20,000 bases of DNA, taken from Nitrospinota bacterium. Its GTDB lineage: Bacteria > JADFOP01. Positions 1 to 8,100 of the stretch are shown here, piece after piece. Where the stretch lies: positions 50,120-70,119 of the forward strand of contig JADFOP010000007.1 of assembly GCA_022562795.1 (NCBI GenBank), read 5' to 3'. Made by a program: the position numbers and the translations under genes. The number at the start of each line of letters is the position of its first letter. The stretch's first letter is position 1. Under the pieces are notes generated by a model. The model did not search any database and was not told the origin of the DNA. It was given only the letters and a program-made list of their open reading frames with translations.

Positions 1-20
1 TCTCATTTTCGTTAGCAAGG

Positions 21-45
21 TGTAGGGACAGCCTTTATGGCTGTC
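21..45 (+). repeat. GTAG-type REP palindrome (TGTAGG-GACAGCC-TTTAT-GGCTGTC)
   Basis: GTAG at 22-25 followed by a 7-bp perfect stem; 21-45 is identical to the reverse complement of 19435-19459. Confidence 0.8.
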
Positions 46-114
46 AGCCCGGACTACATCCTGCAGAACGCCTCGAAGGTGACCGGGAGGGGGAAAGTCA
101 GTGTACGGAGTTGT

Positions 115-154
115 AAGCCGAGTTGCCCGTTTAAGGGGCAAGCTCGGCTTTTTT
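115..154 (+). terminator. Intrinsic terminator-like hairpin upstream of pyk
   Basis: AAGCCGAG-TTGCCC / GGGCAA-g-CTCGGCTT stem followed by a T-run; a homologous hairpin is on the minus strand at 19259-19295. Confidence 0.75.
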
Positions 155-226
155 CATTATGGCTGGATTTATATAAGCAACAGACGCGCGGCTCAAAAGT
201 TGAGGTTTTCAGAATAGAGAATAAAC

Positions 227-1669
227 TTGAAGCTACCCAATCATAAAACAAAGATCGTGTGCACGATCGGGCCGGCTTCCCGCTCAGAGTCTGTCCTGAA
301 GAAACTGGTCAAGAGTGGCATGAGTGTGGCCCGGCTCAATTTTTCTCACGGCACCCTTGAGGGTCACAGGGAAAATATCCGGCGCATACGCTCTGTAGCG
401 GCCCAGTTAGATCGAGTAGTTACGACTCTTATTGATCTCCCCGGTCCCAAAATCCGCGTTGGCAAACTGCAGAACGAACCGCTTGTGCTTAAGAGAGGTG
501 ACAACGTGACCCTCACCACTAAGGATGTTCTTGGTACGACCTCCCTTATATCTGTCAATTACGACAGGTTACCAGAGAGCGTGTCTAAGGGTAGCCTCAT
601 CTTTCTCAACGATGGTTTTGTGGAATTGAAAGTACAGGAGGTATTAAGCAATGAGGTGAGGTGTAAGGTTACGATTGGTGGGCAATTACTATCCTACAAA
701 GGCCTGAACCTTCCGAATGTAAAATTATTGATAGATGTAGTAACAGACAAAGATCTCGATTTTGTTGATTTTGGATTGAAGGAGGGGGTGGATGCCTTTA
801 GCGTTTCGTTTGTAGAAAAGGCAGAGGATATCGTCAAGGTCAAGGAATTTGCAAGAAAAAAGGGCAAACCTATTTACGTGGTGGCAAAGATTGAGCGGGA
901 AGAGGCAGTCAATAACTTCGATGAAATACTGAATGTGGCGGATGCGATTATGATCGCTCGTGGAGACCTTGGGGTGCAGATACCTCTAGAAGAGGTGCCT
1001 GCGGTCCAGAAAAAGCTCATCCACAAGTCAAATCTCTTGGGGCGTCCGGTCATCACCGCTACGCAAATGTTGGAATCCATGACAGAGAACGTACGCCCAA
1101 CTCGGGCTGAAGTAACAGATGTGGCAAACGCAATTTTGGATGGGACCGATGCCGTGATGCTGTCTGGAGAAACTGCGATTGGCCGATATCCTGTGGAGAC
1201 GGTAAGAATGATGGCCAGAATCGCGGTGTCTATTGAACGTCAGCGGCTAAGCATAAGTCCATCATCGAACGTCGAAGAGTCCTTTCTGAGTGGTGTGGGT
1301 CAGAAGACCGTGTCGATTGAGGATGTTGTATCCCTGAATGTGATCGAAGCCATGCGCGCATTAAATGCACGCTTTATTTTGACACCTACCGATACGGGCA
1401 ATACACCTCGTCGTATCTCCAGATTTAAGCCCGATTGTTGGATTCTAGCTTTTAGTAAATGTGAGAGAACACACAGATTTTTATCATTGTCTTATGGAGT
1501 TTACCCATTTTTGATAGAGAACAAGGCTGATAGTTGGCATGATCTGGTAATGAAATTAATGAAAGATGCCAGATTAGGAAAAAGAGGTGACAAGGTGATA
1601 TTAACTGAGGGCTTATCTTCTGGACAGGCTGGTGGTACCGATTCGCTTAGAATAATTACGTTGGTATGA
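227..1669 (+). CDS. pyk: Pyruvate kinase (TTG start, AT-richer than its neighbours)
   Basis: Motifs KTKIVCTIGPAS, ARLNFSHG, DLPGPKIR, AKIE, IMIARGDLG, ATQMLESM, PTRAEVTDVANAILDGTDAVMLSGETA. Confidence 0.97.
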   Translation: MKLPNHKTKIVCTIGPASRSESVLKKLVKSGMSVARLNFSHGTLEGHRENIRRIRSVAAQLDRVVTTLIDLPGPKIRVGKLQNEPLVLKRGDNVTLTTKDVLGTTSLISVNYDRLPESVSKGSLIFLNDGFVELKVQEVLSNEVRCKVTIGGQLLSYKGLNLPNVKLLIDVVTDKDLDFVDFGLKEGVDAFSVSFVEKAEDIVKVKEFARKKGKPIYVVAKIEREEAVNNFDEILNVADAIMIARGDLGVQIPLEEVPAVQKKLIHKSNLLGRPVITATQMLESMTENVRPTRAEVTDVANAILDGTDAVMLSGETAIGRYPVETVRMMARIAVSIERQRLSISPSSNVEESFLSGVGQKTVSIEDVVSLNVIEAMRALNARFILTPTDTGNTPRRISRFKPDCWILAFSKCERTHRFLSLSYGVYPFLIENKADSWHDLVMKLMKDARLGKRGDKVILTEGLSSGQAGGTDSLRIITLV

Positions 1670-1942
1670 CGACCGAGAACTATCGTTTCTTTTTCACTTT
1701 ACCGCATATCCGTAAAGGGTTCTGGTTCCCAGCTTCCCGGACATTTGATCCGAGTGAGGCCGCCTGGCACCACTGAGGAGGCGGTCGGCGGCCCAGCGTC
1801 TCTCCCTCCCCGCACCAGACCCCTCTGCCCGGCGTCCACAGGTCGTGTCGGGGTTCCGCCTTAGGCTGGAGCCGCCCTTGACTTCCCTGCCTGCCGCCGA
1901 TAGGATGGACGCCTATCTACAAGAAGACCATACCGTGAATTC

Positions 1943-2851
1943 ATGCCTACATACCGCGTTCTCCAGGCCGATGTATTTACCGACCGCCCCTTCGGGGGCA
2001 ACCCCGTTGCGGTGCTGCCCGACGCCGAGGGGTTGGACGAGGCGACGATGCAGGCCATCGCCCGGGAGATGAACCTCTCGGAGACGGCCTTCGTCTTTCC
2101 GCCGACTGACGCCGAGGCCGACGTACATGTCCGCTTCTTCACCCCCAATCAAGAGATCCCCTTCGCGGGACACCCTACCCTGGGCACCCACTACCTCCTC
2201 GCGCTGGAGGGCCGCTACGAGCTCGACGAGCCCGTGACCCGCATCCACCAGGAGATCGGCCTCGGAGTGCTCCCCGTGGACCTCCACGTGGCCGAAGGAA
2301 GGGTGACCCACGTGGTCATGACCCAGGGGCTTCCGGTCTTCGGCCCAGAAGTAAGTGACCGCCGCCTGGTCGCCAGAGCCGTCGGCATGCCGCCGGAGGC
2401 CCTCGCCCCGGGGCTTCCCGTCCAGGTCGTCTCGACGGGGCTGCCCCATCTCATCATCCCCGTAGCCAGCCTCAAGGACGTGGAGGCCGCCTGCGTGGAG
2501 CGGGCCGCGATGGACGAGCTTGCAGAAGCCGTGGGGGTGGACTGCTTCATGCCCTTCAGCCTGGAGACGGCGGACCCGGACAAGACCGTCCACGTCCGGA
2601 TGTTCGCCCCGCGCATGGGAGTTTTAGAAGACCCGGCCACGGGAAGCGGCTCGGGGGCCCTTGGGGCCTACCTCGTCCGCTACCGTCTGGTGGAGGTGAG
2701 CCTGCCCACAACGGTCATCGTCTCGGAGCAGGGGCTCGAGGCGGGCCGTCCCTCCACGCTCCTAATTGAGGTTGACGGGTCAGACGAGATTTTAGGCGTC
2801 AGGGTGGGCGGACAGGTGGTCAAGGTGATGGAAGGGACTCTTACATTTTGA
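1943..2851 (+). CDS. PhzF family (diaminopimelate epimerase-like) isomerase
   Basis: DVFTDRPFGGNP, EMNLSETAF, RFFTP..EIPFAGHPTLG, VSTG, EDPATGS, EQG..GRPS motifs. Confidence 0.93.
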   Translation: MPTYRVLQADVFTDRPFGGNPVAVLPDAEGLDEATMQAIAREMNLSETAFVFPPTDAEADVHVRFFTPNQEIPFAGHPTLGTHYLLALEGRYELDEPVTRIHQEIGLGVLPVDLHVAEGRVTHVVMTQGLPVFGPEVSDRRLVARAVGMPPEALAPGLPVQVVSTGLPHLIIPVASLKDVEAACVERAAMDELAEAVGVDCFMPFSLETADPDKTVHVRMFAPRMGVLEDPATGSGSGALGAYLVRYRLVEVSLPTTVIVSEQGLEAGRPSTLLIEVDGSDEILGVRVGGQVVKVMEGTLTF

Positions 2852-2861
2852 GGAGAAGACC

Positions 2862-3407
2862 ATGGAGCCTATTATTTACAAATCGGAGGTTCTCTCACCC
2901 GCGGGCGCGATACGCCTGGCATGCACCGACCGGGGGGCCTGCGCGCTGGTCCTGCCCGGGGTGGTGAATCCCAAGGAGAAGGTCGCCCGGTCGTTCGCGC
3001 TTGCTAGGCCGGGCCCGGCCGACCACCCGATCCTCCGGCCACTCATCGAGGCCTGCTCGCGCTACTTCGGCGGCGAGCCGGATGCTCTTGAGGGCCAGCC
3101 CGTGGACTTCTCTTTCGTAACGGACTTTCAAGCCCGCGTCTTAGAGGCGGCCCGGACCATCCCTCCGGGAATGGTCCGCTCCTACGGGTGGGTCGCCCGC
3201 AAGTTGGGAAACCCTAAGTCGGCCAGGGCCGTGGGCGGGGCGCTGGCGGCGAATCCGGTTCCGCTGATCGTGCCCTGCCACCGGGTGGTCGCGGCCAACG
3301 GCTCCCTTGGAGGTTTCACGGGAGGAATTGCGTGGAAACGCAGGCTCCTGGCGATTGAAGGAGAGATTTCCGGCCATTCTCTCAAAAAATCGCAAAAAAA
3401 CCCTTGA
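2862..3407 (+). CDS. ogt: Methylated-DNA--protein-cysteine S-methyltransferase
   Basis: FQARV..IPPG..SYG, ARAVGGA..NP..IVPCHRVV active-site motif, KRRLLAIE; RBS GAGGAG upstream. Confidence 0.93.
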   Translation: MEPIIYKSEVLSPAGAIRLACTDRGACALVLPGVVNPKEKVARSFALARPGPADHPILRPLIEACSRYFGGEPDALEGQPVDFSFVTDFQARVLEAARTIPPGMVRSYGWVARKLGNPKSARAVGGALAANPVPLIVPCHRVVAANGSLGGFTGGIAWKRRLLAIEGEISGHSLKKSQKNP

Positions 3408-3432
3408 CATTTTCCAAACATGGTTTTATATT
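3404..3432 (+). promoter_or_regulatory. Sigma70-type promoter TTGACA-N17-TATATT with upstream A-tracts
   Basis: Perfect -35 (3404-3409, overlapping the ogt stop codon), 17-nt spacer, 5/6 -10 (3427-3432), A-tracts at about 3384-3400 resembling an UP element. Confidence 0.85.
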
Positions 3433-3438
3433 GTTCTT

Positions 3439-3540
3439 GGGTCCGAAAGAGTCGAACGAACGCGCGACCTGCAAAGGGAGCGTGGCCCGGAGCAATCCGG
3501 GGCTCCTCGCAAGAGGGGTTCGGAAGGGTCTTTCGGGCCC
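3439..3540 (+). ncRNA. Candidate structured small RNA (four-way junction, three GCAA tetraloops), family not recognised
   Basis: Starts 7 nt after the -10 box; 12-bp terminal stem 3439-3450/3529-3540; three GCAA-capped hairpins; pyrimidine-rich tail; no credible ORF. Confidence 0.75.
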
Positions 3541-3625
3541 ACTACTTTTCCCCGATTTTCCGGGATTTTCCGAATATCCTCGCCCAACACGCCTAGAGCC
3601 ACCACGACCCATCTCACTTTGGCCC

Positions 3626-4624
3626 TTAGACCGCCTCCAGGCGGCGGGCTTCAACCTGCCGCTCCAGCCATCCGAGAACCTCTCGCTCCAGCCTTAGGCC
3701 CAACATAGCATTAAGCCTGGGAATACCCCCCGGCGAGACGACGTTTACCTCGATAAGCCAGGGGCCGATGACGTCGAGGCCAATGAAGGCAAGGCCCTCC
3801 GCCGCGAGCTCGCTGGCCAACGCTTCCCATCGTCCACGAGCAGAGGTGGAGAGCTCCACTGGGGCCACCTGAGCGCCCATGGCCACGTTTGCGCGAAACT
3901 CGCCCGCCGGGGGAATCCGCCGCATGGCTCCGAGCAGGCGCCCTTCAAGACAGAGAATGCGCACATCTCCCGGCATTGGCCCGTGGACCTCCTGCTGGAG
4001 GAGCACCCCCTGCCCGGATGTCAGGCTCTCGGCCAAGGCAGGCTCAGCGGCGATGAGGCTCTCCAGGCGTGAGCGCTCGTCGGCCGGCACTCTGATGATT
4101 CCCAGACCTCCCCTCCCCTCTAGCGGCTTGACGATCAACGAGCCTGGGATCGACGAGGCCGCCTTGCCAAGCCCCTTCGCCGAGCTTACTATCGCCGATG
4201 GAGGCATCAGATGACCAAACCGCTCGACCACGTTGGCCTTCGATGCCCATCGTAGCAGGGCTCTTGGACCGTTGAGGCATGGAATCGTCCCGGCCAGGCG
4301 GGCCAGTAGCTCCGCCGCACCTCGATGAACCGGAGGGTCTTTGCGCCAAATAAGGGCGTCGAGGGTCTTTATATCTAAGGGCACGGACGGACGGCTGACC
4401 ACCCGAGCCTGGAGGCGGCGCCAAAAAATCCCCAGATCGTCTGTGATGGGAAAGTCGATGTCATAGGCCAGGCCGACCAGGCCTCCTGCCTCCTCGCTGA
4501 TGCTCTCGGGAGGTAGACACCATAGGCGGTGGCCCCTGAGATGGGCAGCGTGGAGAAGACAAGCGCCCGTTCTTCTATCAGCGGGAAATAGGATGGGGGA
4601 GGACATAACAACTGCGAGACGCAT
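3626..4624 (-). CDS. Divergent glutathione synthetase-like ATP-grasp ligase (second paralog)
   Basis: WRKDPP, KPLEGRGG.G, GDVRIL, RIP..EFRANV, FIGLDVIG..LIEVNVVSPGG. Start trimmed from the ORF-track 4942 to ATG 4624 (MRLAVV, GGAG RBS). Confidence 0.85.
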   Translation of the reverse strand: MRLAVVMSSPILFPADRRTGACLLHAAHLRGHRLWCLPPESISEEAGGLVGLAYDIDFPITDDLGIFWRRLQARVVSRPSVPLDIKTLDALIWRKDPPVHRGAAELLARLAGTIPCLNGPRALLRWASKANVVERFGHLMPPSAIVSSAKGLGKAASSIPGSLIVKPLEGRGGLGIIRVPADERSRLESLIAAEPALAESLTSGQGVLLQQEVHGPMPGDVRILCLEGRLLGAMRRIPPAGEFRANVAMGAQVAPVELSTSARGRWEALASELAAEGLAFIGLDVIGPWLIEVNVVSPGGIPRLNAMLGLRLEREVLGWLERQVEARRLEAV

Positions 4625-4798
4625 GAAAGCTCCGGCGTGATGAGCTTGAAGGCTTGGCGCAGATTGTATCAGAGGCCCCTTCTCCGCAACAAGGCGGGGA
4701 TAGCCCAAGGAGGCGGGGAAATGGACACGACGGACCCCCTGCTTTATATTGGCGCTGTCGGCCCACCTCACGCATCTACGAATAGGAGGAAACCGGGT

Positions 4799-5125
4799 AT
4801 GGCCAGACGCTCTCTCATTGCCATCATGCTCCTTGGGTTCATCGGGGCCGTTGCCGTTCCCGCAGCACAAGCCTTTGAGTGTCCCACACGCCAGAAAGAG
4901 GCCCGAAAATTTCTGTATAAAGCCCGGGCCGCATCCCGGCAAGTCACAGACCCTGCAAAGCTGGGAACGATCGAAGAGCTTCTTGAACGGGCGGAGGAAA
5001 AACTTAACCAGTCAGAGACGACCCACTACGGGGCGAAAAGCACTGCCGACCACGCAACCAGCGTTCGGCTGGCTTATGAGGCCTTAGGCGATTCTAAGGA
5101 GGCGTACTACCTGGCCACGAAGTAG
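4799..5125 (+). CDS. Small secreted helical protein (108 aa) with AFECP after the signal peptide and two His residues
   Basis: AGGAGGA RBS before ATG 4799; MARR, hydrophobic stretch, AQA cleavage site; amphipathic helical mature part. Confidence 0.75.
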   Translation: MARRSLIAIMLLGFIGAVAVPAAQAFECPTRQKEARKFLYKARAASRQVTDPAKLGTIEELLERAEEKLNQSETTHYGAKSTADHATSVRLAYEALGDSKEAYYLATK

Positions 5126-5145
5126 GAGAAACCCCGCGGTTAGAA

Positions 5146-8100
5146 TTAAGGAGCCTGGCGTCGAGCCGTCTCGGTGACTTCAAGAGCCTCTTGAGCCCGC
5201 CTGTTGTATGGGTCGAGGGCAAGGGAGCGCTGGTAGGCTTCGCGGGCGGCTTCTGAATCCCCAAGCGCTTTGAGGACATCGCCGATGGCGGCATGGAGCT
5301 TAGCCTTTCTCCCAGGAGTCTCAGCCAATCCGAGGGCCGCCTTGTACAGGGTCAGGGCCCGCCGCCACTGCATGTGTTCGACATATCGGTCCGCGACGGC
5401 GGCAAGCTGCGTGGGGCTCCGCCTGTTGATCTTGGCGTCCAGGGAAACTGAGACGTCATAGAGCTCTTCGGCCACGGGATCGGACGGCATCTCCAAAGCC
5501 AGGACAGCCTCCAGGGCCGGCAAAGCTAGAGGGCCGACTCTCTTCAGGCTCCGGGCCGCTTCGGCCCGGATTGACGGGTCGGCCTCCACAAGCCGCTCCA
5601 ACAGAACAGAAACCGCACGCTCCTCCCCAATCAGCCCGAGCACCCTAACGATCTCCCGCCGCGCGAAGGGGTCCGGGTCGGCCGCATGTGCTATGAGCGC
5701 TGCAATCGCTTTAGACGATGGGTATCGCTCTAAGGCAGCGGCCGAGCTGTAGCGAACCCCAGGGTCGGGGTCGTCGAGCGCTCGGATGAAGAGATCTTCC
5801 TGGGCTCTATCAGGCCTGGCAGCATACGCGCCCAGGGCCGCCGCCCTCACCTCCGCCACCTCGTCGACGACAAGCCGAGCGAGGACGCCATCGGTCGCAT
5901 CACCCCCAATCCTCCCAAGAGCTTCGGCTGTCACCCGTCGGACCTCAGCATCACCGTCGGTGGCACACATAGCCACAGAATTCCTCGCCGCGTGGTCCGC
6001 CAGGTCACCGAGACCCTGGACGGCCTCGGCTCGGATGAGGTGGTCAGGGTCTGTCAGGAGACCCTTCAACGTCGGGATGGCCCGTCGGTCGCGAAGACGT
6101 CGGAGCGTGGCGGCCGCCTCGCGTCGGACTGAGACATCCATCCCCTGGAGGGCCTCCGTCAATACCTCTACTGAGCGGGGGCCGCTCATCCGGCCAAGGG
6201 CTTGAACCGCGGCGCTCTGGACCACCGGAGCCCCATTGGCCAGCAACCTCTGTAGCGTTTGTTGGGCCTCGGAGCTTCGCGCCCGCCCAAGCGCGATCGC
6301 CAAACCCCGCTGTTCCAAGACAGACGAGCCGTTGAGGGCATTCCCAATGGCCGCCACTGCGTCCTTCGTCCCTACCTCCCCCAGGGCCTCGGCCGCCGCC
6401 TGCCTAACCCGGAGGGACTCATCCCCCAATGCCTCCCGCAAGGGGGCAACCGCGCTGGAGGCCTTCATGGCCCCTAAGGCATGAGCCGCTTCTGCCCTAA
6501 CTGCCACATCTGAATCCTTAAGGAGACGGCTCAGGGCGGCCTGGGATTCGGGTCGAGCCAGCTTGCCCAGGGCGCGGGCCGCGAACCTCCGGACCAGACG
6601 ATTCTCATCCGCGAGAGCCTTCTCAAGGGCGACTGTCGCTCCCCGACCGCCGACCTGCCCGAGCACGGTCACGACGCGAGTCCTTAGAGCCGGGGCCTCG
6701 CCGTCCATGAGGGCATCCAACGCGGGGACCACCCGGTCCCTTGGCGCCAGGGCCAGGGCTGCCGCCGCCCCGGCCTGGACCGAGGGGTCCTTATCTTTGA
6801 GGGCGGCCACCAATGGTCCAACCGCTTCAGCCCCGCCGCCACGTTGAAGCCCTACCACCGCCGCCCGCCGAACTCGAGCATCGCGGTCCCGGAGTCCTTC
6901 AAGAAGGGCTGAGTGGGCTGCAGAATTACGGACGTAGCCGAGAACCTTCAAGGCACGCTCCCGGTCAGATGTGAAGGAGGCCTCCCGGGCCTGAGCGACC
7001 AGCTCCTCGGTCAGCTCATCCACGGTGGCACCATCGACCCCCATCGCGCTCGGAAGAAGTCGCGCCGACAGCCGTAGGTAGCGGCGGGAGGCCTTTGGGA
7101 ACTCCTCGGACATGGCACGACGGAGACGGGCGAGAAGAAGATCGAAGATGATCGTCGCATCCTCAACCAGTCCCACTAGAAAGCTTGCGGCATACTGCAT
7201 GGCAGGGTCATCCAGGAAGGGCGCCAGCTCTGCCTCAGCCTTCCCCTCTCGCTCGGCGCCGGGGAGACGGCGGGCCACAGCCGTCGCATGAAAGTATTCG
7301 CGGAAGGACGGCAAGAGAAAGCGCACCTGGTAGCCTGAACTCCACGAAGTCGCGGACGAATCCGCCACAATGAGGTCGGTCTGCAACAAGACCTCCATGG
7401 CCTTAGAAGCTTTTGATATTACCGACACTGAGGGCTCTTTGAGCCGACCCTTCAGGGTCTGGGCGAGGGCCGCCTCAGCCTCAAAGCGTGGGAGGGTCTC
7501 ACGCCTCGGACCTATGGTTTCAGCCAGCTTGCCCAGTAGGTACTCCTTGGCCTGTGGGGACAGGGCCTCACCCTCCTCGTCCTCAGTACGAGAGGAACTC
7601 AATGCCTCGAGCGTGACGGCACGGTAGAACGATCCCAGACGATGCGGCACCGTCCGGTTACGCCGATATTGTTTGAGGAACATGGCCATGACGAGTGGGT
7701 TGCGAAGTGCCCGGGCAACCCGTGGAGTTCTTCGAAGATCGGCCACAACGGCGTCGGGGGCTTGAGGAATAGCATCCCGGACCACACCAGCCAGCTCAGC
7801 TTCCTGAAACTTGGCGACCCAGACTTCCGTGAGCGGACTCAGGGATGGCCGGAGAGAGCGGCGAGCGAATTCGATCCGGTAGCCGACCCACCAGCGGTTA
7901 TTTCTCCAGGATACATCGGATATCAGGGAGCGCACCGCCTCAGCGGTCCTAATCGGATCGCCGCTCGCTTCCAAGCGGGTCACGACCAGCAGGAAGCCGC
8001 CTTCGGCAGCCCGCTGACGGACAACCCTCCCGGGAATCTCAACCCCATGGGATTGAGAGGATGCACGGAGGGTGGCCACTATATGGTTGGCCAGATCGTC

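Noticed and set aside
168-176. TTTATATAA as an archaeal TATA box for pyk
   Set aside because: A similar GATTTGATATA follows the homologous terminator at the TPR locus and no clear BRE is present, so it is better explained as part of the repeated module.
1943-2851. Phenazine biosynthesis cluster
   Set aside because: Only a lone PhzF-family gene is present; no phzA/B/D/E/G-like genes are nearby.
3439-3544. The cloverleaf-like RNA as a tRNA or SRP RNA
   Set aside because: All loops are GCAA tetraloops; there is no 7-nt anticodon loop, T-arm or SRP helix-8 motif.
3307-3708. Short ORFs across the ogt-ligase intergenic region
   Set aside because: No RBS or protein-like features; the region is better explained by the promoter plus structured RNA.
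4625-4942. N-terminal extensions of ORFs 3626..4942 (-) and 4637..5125 (+)
   Set aside because: They overlap each other head to head; internal ATGs at 4624 and 4799 have RBSs and match domain or signal-peptide starts.
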